Shown: piece by piece, positions 48,984 through 59,424 of the stretch
Position numbering within the stretch: the stretch's first letter is position 1
Layout: the number at the start of each line of letters is the position of its first letter
Origin: an uncultured Chloroflexia bacterium
GTDB taxonomy: Bacteria; Chloroflexota; Limnocylindria; Limnocylindrales; CSP1-4
Length of the DNA: 64,000 nt
Assembly (NCBI GenBank): GCA_963754485.1
Contig: CAVWFY010000006.1
Span: 83,205 to 147,204, forward strand
Direction: 5' to 3'
Position numbers and translations under genes: made by a program
The notes under the pieces: generated by a model
Databases searched by the model: none
What the model was told of the DNA's origin: nothing
Seen by the model: only the letters and a program-made list of their open reading frames with translations

Positions 48984-49439
48984 CTAGACCAGGTCGCCGA
49001 TGGCGGCGAGCTCGTGGACCTCGCCATTGGAATGGGACAGCGCGTCGTTCTTGCCGGGCACGGACATGCCCTCGTTTGCGGCGCGGTCGATGGCGTCCCG
49101 GTCGAACTCCCTGTCCTCGACGCGATCGCGCGCTGCGACGCCGGCCGTGCGGCGATGCATCAGCCAGGTCGCCACGCCGACCACTGCGAGGACGCCGACG
49201 GCGACACCGGCCACCAGGATCGGGAGCCGGCTACGTGGCCGCCGCTGACCGGGGAGCCGCTCGATGACGCCGCGCGCGGCCTCCGACGCCGCCTCCATCG
49301 CGGCGTCGACGTGGGCCGGCACGTCCACGCGCCGCAGGAACTCGCCCGGGTCAGGCAGGGAGAGTTCGCGTGCCGAGCGCACGACCGCCTTCGGGTCGAT
49401 GCCCGCGTCGGCGATGCGGAAGGATGAGGTGTTGAACAT
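48984..49439 (-). CDS. Hypothetical single-TM protein
   Basis: 151 aa, one TM, AANEGM motif near the C-terminus; GAGGA RBS. Confidence 0.65.
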   Translation of the reverse strand: MFNTSSFRIADAGIDPKAVVRSARELSLPDPGEFLRRVDVPAHVDAAMEAASEAARGVIERLPGQRRPRSRLPILVAGVAVGVLAVVGVATWLMHRRTAGVAARDRVEDREFDRDAIDRAANEGMSVPGKNDALSHSNGEVHELAAIGDLV

Positions 49440-49520
49440 GGATGGTGTTCCTCTCGGTACGGCACTTCGTCGTGCGGTTCACATCTTGGGGATCGCTGGA
49501 TGGGCGGGTGCCTCGGGTGG

Positions 49521-49886
49521 TTACGCGGACCTGGTGCCGCTGCGGCCCATCGCTGTCGCGGCGACGGCGATGGCCGGGAGGAGTGCCACGCCGAGGACGA
49601 GACGCGGTACTCCCGCGATCGCCAGTCCGGCGCCCAGCCCGATCGAGGCGGCCGCGACGAGGCGTCGCGTTTGTTCCGGCCACCCGTCGACCTGCCGCGC
49701 GCCTGCCGCGGCCCCGTTGCGGACGCCGCCAACCAGACCGGGCACCCGGTCGCCGACGTCGCCGGCCGTCGAGCGAATGGACTCGATACCTGTCGTGATG
49801 GCCCTCCGGGTGCCGGACATGACGTTCTGCTCTCGGGTGCGGATCGGGACGTGGCGCATCCCGGGATCGTGTTGAGGATCAGTCAT
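49521..49886 (-). CDS. Small protein, paralogue of 45964-46392
   Basis: AAASIGLGAGLAIAGVPRL. Confidence 0.68.
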   Translation of the reverse strand: MTDPQHDPGMRHVPIRTREQNVMSGTRRAITTGIESIRSTAGDVGDRVPGLVGGVRNGAAAGARQVDGWPEQTRRLVAAASIGLGAGLAIAGVPRLVLGVALLPAIAVAATAMGRSGTRSA

Positions 49887-49985
49887 GAAGCGCGCTGCTT
49901 CCTCGGTGCCATGGTCGCCCGCAGGCTTGCTAGCCTGTCCCAGATGCGGGGACGCCCCCTCAGCATCAGCCGCTCATCGGACGTT

Positions 49986-50006
49986 GTCATGACTTCGTGT
50001 CATGAC
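49986..50006 (-). promoter_or_regulatory. Operator motif site 5 (perfect)
   Basis: GTCATGAC-TTCGT-GTCATGAC; minus strand ATGACA-17-GATGCT. Confidence 0.7.
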
Positions 50007-50019
50007 ACCATGCCCGTCC

Positions 50020-50508
50020 CTACTCCTCGGATGCGCCCGGTGTCGGGACCGCGTTGGGATGATCGGCAAACAAGGACCCGATCGCCCCGAAGAGCCCCTG
50101 GAGGGGGAACGGCTTGCGGAGGAAGACGAACGGCTGGGCGAGCTGGAGCGTCGTGGCCCCGGACCATCCCGACATGAGGACGACCGGCAGGCCCGCTTGT
50201 CGCTCCCGGAGGAGCGTCGCGAGGTCGAGCCCCGACTTGCCCGACATCTGCAGGTCCGTCACGAGGAGGTCGATCGCGTGACGCCGGGCAAGCGCCGCGG
50301 CCTCTTCGGCCGCGGTCGCCACGACGGTGCACCAGCCCTGCGAACCGAGGGCCATGGCCAGCAGCTCGCCGACCATGGGCTCGTCGTCAACGACCAGGGC
50401 GGTGAGCTGCGAGCCGTTGACGGCCGGCGTCCCTGGTCGTGCCGCCGGGTCGAGCCCACGCCGGCGCCGCGCGGTGACAGGCACGTCCGGGATCGGGTGA
50501 GGGCGCAT
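50020..50508 (-). CDS. Single-domain response regulator (receiver only)
   Basis: LVVDDE, VTDLQMSGKSG, LMSG, LRKPF; leaderless ATG 7 nt after CAAGGT. Confidence 0.85.
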   Translation of the reverse strand: MRPHPIPDVPVTARRRRGLDPAARPGTPAVNGSQLTALVVDDEPMVGELLAMALGSQGWCTVVATAAEEAAALARRHAIDLLVTDLQMSGKSGLDLATLLRERQAGLPVVLMSGWSGATTLQLAQPFVFLRKPFPLQGLFGAIGSLFADHPNAVPTPGASEE

Positions 50509-50539
50509 GAGCGGCACCTTGCGCGGATGCTCCGAGCCC

Positions 50540-50560
50540 GTCATGACGGGCCGTCATGAC
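50540..50560 (-). promoter_or_regulatory. Operator motif site 6 (perfect)
   Basis: GTCATGAC-GGGCC-GTCATGAC; minus strand ATGACG-17-CAAGGT-7-ATG. Confidence 0.7.
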
Positions 50561-50587
50561 CGTGCCCCCGAGCGGGTCCGCTGCCGA

Positions 50588-50701
50588 TCAGGCGGTGCCC
50601 ACGAGGGACTTGTCCGGCAGGTCAGGCGTCGTCGCAGCAGCCTGCACGAGCTCGATGTCGATCTCGATCTGCACCTCGTCGCTGACCAGCACGCCGCCGG
50701 C
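50588..50701 (-). pseudogene. 3' remnant of a YceI-family gene
   Basis: Hand translation AGGVLVSDEVQIEIDIELVQ...* matches the YceI C-terminus; no 5' part. Confidence 0.7.
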
Positions 50702-51575
50702 ATCCGCCTGGAACACGAGCATCGTCGACGGGGCGGTGCAGGGCGTGCCCTGGTACGTCGAGACCAGGCTCCTCTACTACCGCACCGACATCGCCGAGAA
50801 GGCGGGCATCACCGCGGCACCCGAGACGTGGGACGAGCTGACGGCCATGGCCAAGGCCATGCAGGCCAAGGGCGATGCGAAGTGGGGCATCTCGCTGGGG
50901 ACCAAGAACTGGCAGGAGTACCTGCCGTTCCTGTGGTCGAACGGCGGTGCCGTGATGGACGACCAGGGCAAGTTCCAGCTGAACAGCACCCAGGCCGTTG
51001 AGGCCCTCACCTACTACGCGTCCTTCTTCAAGGACAAGCTGTCGCCCGACCTCGGTTCCCGAGGGGTTCGACATCACGCCGGCGTTCGTCGCCGGCACGC
51101 ACCCGATGTTCTTCTCCGGGCCATGGCACCTGGGCCTGATCAAGGAGGCCGGCGGCCCCGGCTTTGAGACCAAGTGGGCGATCGCCCCGATGCCGGAGAA
51201 GGTCGAGCTCGACCTCGTTCCTGGGCGGCAGCAACCTGGTCGTCTTCAAGGACAGCCCGAACAAGGACCTGGCCTGGGCCTTCGTCCAGTACCTGTCCGA
51301 TCCCAACGACCCAGGTCGCGTGGTATACGGACGTTACCGACCTGCCGGCCGTCCAGGCCGCATGGACCGATCCCGCGCTGGCCGCCGACCCGAACGTCGC
51401 CATGTTCGGCGAGCAGCTCAAGAGCACGATGGCGCAGCCCGCGATCGCGACCTGGAGCGAGCTCGGCAACGCCCTCAACTCGACCCTCGAGAAGCTGACC
51501 ACCGGCACGATGACCCCGCAGGCCGCCGCCGATGAGATGCAGGCCGAGGCCGAGAAGATCGGGACCGGCAACTGA
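50700..51575 (+). pseudogene. Sugar ABC transporter substrate-binding protein, 5'-truncated and frameshifted
   Basis: GVPWYVETRLLYYRTD, APETWDEL, FFSGPW, SFLGGSNL; no start or signal peptide. Confidence 0.85.
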
Positions 51576-51576
51576 C

Positions 51577-52525
51577 ATGACCGTCCCGGCGCTTGCGCAG
51601 CGTCGACCGGCGGAGGCGGCTCCGGCCGCCTCCGCCGGCTCGCGGCTGGAACTGGCGGGAGGATCTCGTCGGGTGGGCGTTCGCCGCGCCGTTCGTGATC
51701 CTGTTCCTGGTCTTCCTCGCCTTCCCCATTGCCGCCTCGCTCGCCCTGAGCTTCACGGGCTTCGGGCTGCGCGACCTGCAGAACCCTGTCGGCGCGACGT
51801 TCGTCGGCCTCCAGAACTATGCGGACCTGCTCGGCGACCCGACGTTCTGGAAGAGCCTGGGCAACACGGTGTACTTCGTCGTGATCGGGGTGCCCGTGAC
51901 GCTGACCCTCGGCCTGCTGATCGCCAACGCGCTCAACAGCGGCATCAACCGGTTCCGCACGGTCTTCCGGGTGGGCTACTACATGCCCGTGATCACGAGC
52001 ATCGTGGCCATCGCCGTGGTCTGGCGGTTCGTCCTCAACCCCGACGTCGGCCTTATCAACATGTTGCTGGGTGCGATCGGCATCCAGGGCCCGGCGTGGC
52101 TCGCCGACCCCGCGCTCGCCATGCCCTCGATCATCGCCATGGCGGTCTGGCGCAACCTCGGCTTCGCCATGATCGTGTTCCTCGCCGGTCTCCAGGCCAT
52201 CCCCCGGGTGCTCTACGAGGCCGCCTCGATCGATGGTGCTGGCAGCCGGCAGCAGCTCCGCTACGTCACGCTGCCGATGCTCAAGCCGACGATCCTGTTC
52301 ATGACCGTCATCACCACCATCGGCTACCTCCAGCTGTTCGAGGAGCCGTTCGTGATGACCGGTGGCGGCCCGCTGGACGCCACCCTGTCGGTGACCATGT
52401 ACATGTACCAGCAGGGCTTCACGTTCTTCCACCAGGGCTATGCATCGGCGATCGCGTATGTCCTGTTCGTGATCGTCGCCTTCGTCGCCTTCCTGCAGTT
52501 CAAGTTCCTCCGGTCGGACGTGTGA
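51577..52525 (+). CDS. Carbohydrate ABC transporter permease (MalF-like); probable frameshift near 51645
   Basis: FVGLQNY, LAGLQAIP..LYEAASIDGA EAA loop. Confidence 0.9.
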
Positions 52526-52538
52526 GGGAGGCGGATCG

Positions 52539-53444
52539 ATGACGACCATGCCCGCGCCGGCCACCGCGCCGGCTCCCGTGCCCGCACAGGCCCCCAAACC
52601 TCCCGACCCTGCCGGCGGGGGCGGCCGCGCCGCGTCCAGCCCGTGGAGCTACATCATCCTGACCCTCGGCCTGGTGGTGATGGTCGGGCCGTTCCTGTGG
52701 ATGCTCCTGGGCTCCCTCAAGCCCGCGGCGGACTTCCTGCGCAACCCGCCGACGTTCCTGCCATCCGTCGCCACGACCGACAACTACGGGCGGCTCTTCG
52801 AGCAGCTCGACTTCCCGAGGTTCTTCTTCAACTCGGCGGTGATCGCGCTGGCCGTGACCGTCGGCACGCTCGTGTTCTGCCCGATGCTGGGTTACGCGCT
52901 GGCCAAGCTCCGCTGGCACGGCAAGGGCCTGATCATGGCCCTCGTCCTGGCGACCCTCATGGTGCCGGCCGGGATCACCCTCATCCCGAACTTCATCCTG
53001 ATGAGCAACCTGGGGCTGGTGAACACCTACCCGGGTCTGATCCTTCCGTTCCTTGTCGGCGCGTTCGGCGTGTTCCTGATGCGCCAGTTCATGCTGGGCA
53101 TCCCCGACGAGCTGCTCGAGGCCGCGCGGATCGACGGCGCGAACGAGTTCAAGGTCTTCTGGTCCGTGGTCATTCCGATCGCCACGCCCGTCCTCGCGAC
53201 GCTCGCGATCCTCACCTTCCTCGGCAACTGGAACAGCTTCCTCTATCCCCTGGTCATGGCCCAGGAGCCAGGGATGTACACCCTGCCCGTCGCCCTGGCG
53301 ACCTTCGCGACGGGCCAGTACCAGGCGGACCACGGGATGCTCATGGCCGGCTCGGTGGTCCTCGTGGTCCCCGTGCTGATCGTGTTCGTCCTGTTCCAGC
53401 GCTGGATCACCGAGGGCATCGCCACGACCGGGCTCAAGGGCTGA
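52539..53444 (+). CDS. Carbohydrate ABC transporter permease (MalG-like)
   Basis: IPDELLEAARIDGA, WNSFLYPL, FQRWITEGI. Confidence 0.93.
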   Translation: MTTMPAPATAPAPVPAQAPKPPDPAGGGGRAASSPWSYIILTLGLVVMVGPFLWMLLGSLKPAADFLRNPPTFLPSVATTDNYGRLFEQLDFPRFFFNSAVIALAVTVGTLVFCPMLGYALAKLRWHGKGLIMALVLATLMVPAGITLIPNFILMSNLGLVNTYPGLILPFLVGAFGVFLMRQFMLGIPDELLEAARIDGANEFKVFWSVVIPIATPVLATLAILTFLGNWNSFLYPLVMAQEPGMYTLPVALATFATGQYQADHGMLMAGSVVLVVPVLIVFVLFQRWITEGIATTGLKG

Positions 53445-53508
53445 GCCATCCGGCCCTGCGGCGCCTGCACGCGCGCCGCAGGGCCCTCCCGAAACCGGAG
53501 GTTCCGAC

Positions 53509-54740
53509 ATGCTGACTCGCCGGCGCGCACCCCGGCTCCTGGCCATCGTGGCAGGCCTGCTCGCGACGACGCTCGCGCTGCCGACCTTCGCCTTGGCGGC
53601 TCCGGCTGGAACCCAGTCCTGGGACCCTGGCGCCACTGGAGCCCCGGAGGCGAAGGCCACGAACGACGCCACGCTCATGCGCTACGCCCGCGACACCTGG
53701 GCGTCCTTCGTCGCGATGACCGATCCGAAGACCGGCCTCCCCGCAGACAGCCTGGCCTCCGACGGCACCACCAGCGTGCAGACGTCCACGACCAACATCG
53801 GCGCCTACATGTGGAGCACCCTGGTCGCCGACAACCTGGGGATCATCGGCCACAAGGAGGCGGTCCAGCGGCTCGGACGCACGCTCCGCTCCCTGAAGAC
53901 CATGGAGCGCCACCAGCCCAGCGGCCAGTACTTCAACTGGTACGACCACCACACCGGCGCGGTGTTGACGGCCTGGCCGTCGACGGGCGACCCGCTCACG
54001 CCGATCCTGTCGTCGGTCGACAATGGCTGGCTCGCGGCCGCCTTGCACATGGTCGCCACGAGTGTGCCGGAAGTCGCCACCCGTGCCGGCACGCTGTACG
54101 ACAGCATGGACTTCGGGTTCTACTACCGCCCGGACGTCAACCGGATCGCCTTCCACGTCGTGCCGTCGACCGGCGAGTCGCCGTGCTGCTACGACACGAT
54201 CGTGAGCGAGAGCCGGATCGCGAGCTACATCGGCATCGCCAAGGGCGAGATCCCGGCCAAGGAGTACTTCGGCTCCTGGCGGACCTTCCCGGACACGTGC
54301 GACTGGAGCTGGCAGGAGACGCAAGCCGATCGGCGTCACGCGGACCTACCTCGGGGTCAGCGTCTTCGAGGGTGCCTACCCGTACGACGGCATGCGGATC
54401 GTCCCCGGCTGGGGCGGCAGCATGTTCGAGGCCCTCATGCCCGCCCTGTTCGTGCCCGAGGAGACGTGGGGTCCCAACAGCTGGGCGCTCAACCACCCGC
54501 TGACCGTGGCCGCCCAGATCCACCACGGGCTCGACGAGGCCGAATACGGCTACTGGGGCTTCTCACCGGCCAACATCCCCGAGGGCGGGTACGCAACCTA
54601 TGGCGTCGAGGCGCTCGGCCTGAACCCGGACGGCTACGTGTCCAACGAGGACAACACCCACGTTGATCGCGGCTTCGGTACCTGCCCCGGCCGTGAGGCG
54701 AAGCCGGTTCCGCCGCCCGCGGCCTACACGAATGGCGTCG
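53509..54740 (+). pseudogene. Secreted DUF3131/glucoamylase-like glycoside hydrolase (GH144-like beta-1,2-glucanase), frameshifted and 3'-truncated
   Basis: Signal peptide, TGLPAD, TSTTNIG, SSVDNGWL, SESRIASY, WGGSMFEALMP, WGFS; homology ends at YTNGV. Confidence 0.75.
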
Positions 54741-57700
54741 GGGCTCGGCAACGTGTACCTCCGGCGACGCACCCGGGGCGGCGCCACGTTCGTCCCGCTG
54801 CTTGGACCGGCCGCCTCGGGCCGTTTCAGGGCCGATGGCGACGGAGCGACTTGGGAAGGCTCGTTCGACGAGCTCGACTACACCTGCACGCTCCGGCTCC
54901 ATCCGACCGCGCCGACCTGGTTCTGGAGCGTGGAGGTGATCAATCGCACCGGCAGGCGCCTGAGCTTCGACGTCGTCCTTGCCCAGGACCTGGGGCTGGC
55001 CCACGAGGGCGTCGTCCGCAGCAGCGAGGCCTACACCAGCCAGTACATCGACCACGCGGTCCTCAGGGCAGGCGACCTCGGGGTCGTGCTGTGCTCGCGG
55101 CAGAACATGCCCCAGGACGGCGCCGTGCCCTGGATCATGCACGGCTGTCTGGACGGGGCGGCCGGCTTCCTGACCGACGGCGTTCAACTGTACGGGCTCC
55201 AGCTACAGGGCGACGAACGTGCCGGCGGCTCTCGGGCGGCCGACCCTGCCGAACCGCGTCTACCAGTACGAGCTCGCGCTCCCCACGATCCGGTCTCGCA
55301 GCGTCCTGCTTCGGGCCGGTGCGACCGGGCGGCATCACCTTCTTCGCAGCATTCGAGGCTGACCACCCGGCGGCCACGGGCCCAGCGGACGTCGCCGGGG
55401 CGCTTCGCGCGGCGGAGGCCCTCGCGAGCCTCCCCCGGCTCGTGCACGGCGTCGAGCCGCGGCCCAGGCTTCGGCCGGCCGGGCTGTTCGATTCGCCGGT
55501 GATGTTCGCCAGCAGAGACCTCGAGATCGACGAGCTCCAGCGCTGGTTCGGCGCGGACTGGCGACACGTGGAGCGATGCGACGACGAGCTGCTGTCCTTC
55601 TTCCACGGCTATCAGCAGCACGTGGTGCTGCGGGCGAAGGAGCTGATCTCGGAGCGGCCGACCGGCCTCATCATGCGTTCCGGCCGGGACGTGCTCCCGA
55701 GCGACGAGACGCTCTCCAGCACCGCCTGGATGTCCGGCGTGTTCGCGTCCCAGGTGGCCATCGGCAACACGTCCTTCAACAAGCTCCTGAGCGTCTCGCG
55801 GCACCCGCTCAACGCGCTGAAATCCAGCGGTCAACGCGTCTTCGTCGAGGTCCGACGACGAGTACGAGCTCCTGGGGCTGCCCTCCGCCATGGAGATGGG
55901 CCCGAACAGCGCGCGCTGGATCTACGCCAACGACCGGTTCGCGATCGCGGTTCGTGTCGTGACCTCGCTGGACGCGCCGGTCTGCCGGCTGACGATCGAC
56001 GTCGAGCGGGGCGGCCCGGTGGAGCTGCTGATCACCCATGACCTGGTCCTGGGCGAGAACGAGCACGAGGCGGGAGTGGTGAAGATCGACCGAGTCGCCA
56101 GACGGGTCACGCTGCGGCCCGCCCAGGGTTCGCGGCTTCGCCTCCGCTACCCGAGCTCGACGTTCTTCATCGTCTCCCCCGATCCGGATGCGATCGATGC
56201 CATCGGGCGCGACGAGTTGCTCTACGCGGACGGGATCCGACGGGACGGGGAGTTCATTGTCGTGCGGACGAAGCCGGTCACGCACGTCTCGCTGGCGTTG
56301 ACGGGCTCCATCGTGAATGCCTCGCGCGCCGCGGCGCTCGCGGCGGAGATCGGCCCGGATCCAGAGCCCGACGGCGTGACGACTGAGGGCTGCCGACCGC
56401 CTTCTGGTCGGGCCTCGGTCGGGGTTGGGTGCTCAGCGGCGCGACGGGGCGACGGGCGGACGATGTCGCACGCATCAACGACGTCGTCCGCTGGTACCTC
56501 CACGACGCGCTGATCCACCTCACCGCCCCGCACGGTCTGGAGCAGCACAGCGGTGGTGCGTGGGGCGTTCGCGATGTCTGCCAGGGCCCGATCGAGCTGC
56601 TCCTGGCCGCCGGCAGCACCGCGCCGAATTCGCGATGTGATCAGGCTGGTGTATGAGCACCAGCTCCGCAGGAGCGGCGACTGGCCGCAGTGGTTCATGT
56701 TCGACCGGTTCCGCGAGGTCCAGGCGCGCGGGGAGCCACGGTGACGTCATCTACTGGCCGCATCAAGGCGCTGTGCGACTACGTGGAGGCGACAGACGAC
56801 CTCACGATCCTCGACGAGCGGGTCCCCTACACGGACGACGACACGTTGGCCGCCACCGCCGGATCCGAGTCCATCCTCGCCCACACGGTGCACCAGATCG
56901 CGAGGATTGAGCGTGACTGCATCCCCGGCACCTCGCTCCCGGTCTTCGCCGGCGGCGACTGGGAAGACACCCTCCAGCCCGCCGACGCGGCCATCGCTCA
57001 GCGCCTCGTGAGCTCGTGGACCGTCGGGCTGGCCTACCAGACCCTGGGCCGCTACCGGATCGTCTGCGAGCGGGCCGGCGAGGGCGTGCTGGCGGACCGG
57101 CTGGCGGACCTGTGCGGGCGCCTGCGGGCCGACTTCAACGAGTACCTGGTGCCGGATGGCGTGGTCACCGGCCTGGCCCATTTCGCGCCGGCGGCGAGTA
57201 CCTGCTCCATCCGCGCGACCGGCAGACACGCGTCGCCTACCGGCTGTTGCCGATGACGCGGGGCATCATCGGCGGCCTGTTCAGCCCCGAGCAGGCGCGA
57301 CGGCACGCCGCGCTCATCGCGCGCCACCTCCTGTTCCCGGATGGCGTCCGGCTGCAGGACCGGCTCATGGACTACCACGGCGGCACGTCGCGCATCTTCA
57401 TCCGCGCGGAGACCGCGGCCAACTTCGGCCGTGAGGTGGGGCTCCAGTACGTCCACGCCCACGTCCGGTACATCGAGGCGATGGCGGTGATGGGCCGGGC
57501 TGACGCGGCATTCCAGGGGCTCCTCGCGATCTGCCCGATCCTGCCGGATCGCGACGTGCCGACGGCGCTGCCCCGCCAGGCCAACGCGTACTCCAGCAGC
57601 TCCGACGCGGCGTTCATGGACCGCTGGGAGGCGAGCCGCCACTTCGGCTGGATCCGGTCGGGCCGTGTCGGCCTCAAGGGCGGCTGGCGGGTCTACTCCA

Positions 57701-58026
57701 GCGGCCCGGGCATCTACCTCAACCAGCTCGTCTCGAACGTGCTCGGCCTGCGCTCCTACTACGACGACATGGTCTTCGACCCGGTGCTGCCGGCGGATGC
57801 CGACGGGCTCACCTTCGAGGTCGACGAGGGGGACCGCCATGTCCGCTACCTGTTCCATGTCACGAGCGCCGGCGTGTCGCCGCGCGAGGTGCGGGTGAAC
57901 GGCCGGCCGCTCCCCGGCGGGCGGTACGCCGCCAATCCCTACCGTCGCGGCGGGTACCTGGTCGCGAAGACGACCTTCAGAGAGGCGCTGGAACGGGCGG
58001 ACAACCTGGTCGAGATCTTCGCCTGA
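54741..58026 (+). pseudogene. GH94 phosphorylase (1,2-beta-oligoglucan phosphorylase-like), 5'-truncated, many frameshifts
   Basis: EAYTSQYIDH, PHGLEQ..GGAWGVRDVCQGP, WPQWFMFD, GDWEDTLQP, RAETAANFGREVGLQYVHAH, GGWRVYSSGPG. Confidence 0.8.
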
Positions 58027-58077
58027 CGCCGCCTGGGGCAGCCCGCGCGGACCGCCGTCGGTGCGAGGATGTGATCG

Positions 58078-59424
58078 ATGCCCGCCTCTCCCTCGCCGTC
58101 CCGTCGCCGGCTCGGCTCGCTGATCGTCGATCCCGCTCCGCTGCGCCTGGACCACGACTTCCGTCTGCTGTGGGCCGGGCAGGCGGTGAGCACGGCGGGC
58201 CGGATGATGACGGCGATCGTCCTGCCCTACCAGGTCTACGTCCTGACCGGCGAGGTGCTCGCGGTCGGGGCCCTGTCGCTCGTCCAGCTGCTGCCCATCC
58301 TGGTGTTCACGCTCGGCGGCGGCGCGGTCGCCGATGCGGTCGACCGTCGCAGGCTGCTGCTCGTCACCCAGCTGGGGATGACGGCCGTCACGGTCGGGCT
58401 GGCGCTCGTCGCGCTCACCCCGGCGCCCCCGGTCGCGGCTATCTTCGCGCTGGCGTTCGCGGCCGGCGGCCTGGGTGCCGTGGACCAGCCGGCACGGGCC
58501 TCCGCGATCCCCCGGCTCGTCCCGCCGGAGCGTCTGCAGAGCGCCATCTCGCTCAACCAGATCGTGTTCAACGCTGGGGCGGTGGTGGGGCCGGCCCTCG
58601 GCGGGATCGTGCTGGCGGTCATGAGCATCTCGGCGGCCTACTTCATCGACGCCGCGACGTATGGGGCCGCGATCCTGGCCCTGCTGCTGATGCGGCCGAT
58701 CCCACCCGCGCCCGGTGCGGTCCGCCCGAGCCTGAGTGCCGTGATGGACGGTCTCCGCTTCGCACGGCGCAAGCGCCCCGTGCTGGGGACATTCGTGGTG
58801 GATCTCGTGGCGATGGTCTTCGGGTCGCCTCGGTCGCTGTTCCCCGCCATGGCCCTCGACGTGTTCAAGGTGGGACCCGCCGGGATGGGCCTGATGTCGT
58901 CGTCCATTGCGCTGGGCGCCATGGTGGCGGCACTGTTCACCGGCTGGACCACCGGGCTGCGGTATCCCGGGCGGGCGGTGCTCATCGCGGTGGCCGTCTG
59001 GGGTGTGGGCATCGCCGGGTTCGGCCTGTCCACGTTCAGCTTTCCGCTCGCGCTCCTGTGCCTGGCGATCGCGGCCGGCGCGGACGTCATCAGCGCGGTC
59101 ATCCGGAGCTTCATCGTCCAGTCGCTCACTCCGGATGCGCTGCGGGGCCGGGTCAGCTCGATCCACATCCTGGTGGTGACCGGCGGGCCGAGGGTTGGCG
59201 ATGCGGAGGCTGCGGCCGTGGCGGCGGTTGCCTCGCCTGCCGTGTCCGTAGTCTCGGGCGGGATCCTGACTGTCCTGGGCGTGGGCCTGGTCGCCCTGGC
59301 GATGCCCGAGTTCGCGCGGCTGGACATGCGGGCGGCCGCGGCCGAGGCGTCCGAGGAGGCGGGGCTCACCGCGGAGGCGGAGCTCGCCGCCGAGGCCGAG
59401 GCGTCCGGTCAGCTTTCGCCCTAG
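58078..59424 (+). CDS. MFS transporter (EntS/DHA3-like)
   Basis: FRLLWAGQ, GAVADAVDRRRLL, PDALRGRV; about 12 TMs. Confidence 0.88.
   Translation: MPASPSPSRRRLGSLIVDPAPLRLDHDFRLLWAGQAVSTAGRMMTAIVLPYQVYVLTGEVLAVGALSLVQLLPILVFTLGGGAVADAVDRRRLLLVTQLGMTAVTVGLALVALTPAPPVAAIFALAFAAGGLGAVDQPARASAIPRLVPPERLQSAISLNQIVFNAGAVVGPALGGIVLAVMSISAAYFIDAATYGAAILALLLMRPIPPAPGAVRPSLSAVMDGLRFARRKRPVLGTFVVDLVAMVFGSPRSLFPAMALDVFKVGPAGMGLMSSSIALGAMVAALFTGWTTGLRYPGRAVLIAVAVWGVGIAGFGLSTFSFPLALLCLAIAAGADVISAVIRSFIVQSLTPDALRGRVSSIHILVVTGGPRVGDAEAAAVAAVASPAVSVVSGGILTVLGVGLVALAMPEFARLDMRAAAAEASEEAGLTAEAELAAEAEASGQLSP

Noticed and set aside
10940-57200. Programmed frameshifting as an explanation for the split genes
   Set aside because: No consistent slippery motif; too many unrelated genes are affected, so sequencing error is simpler.
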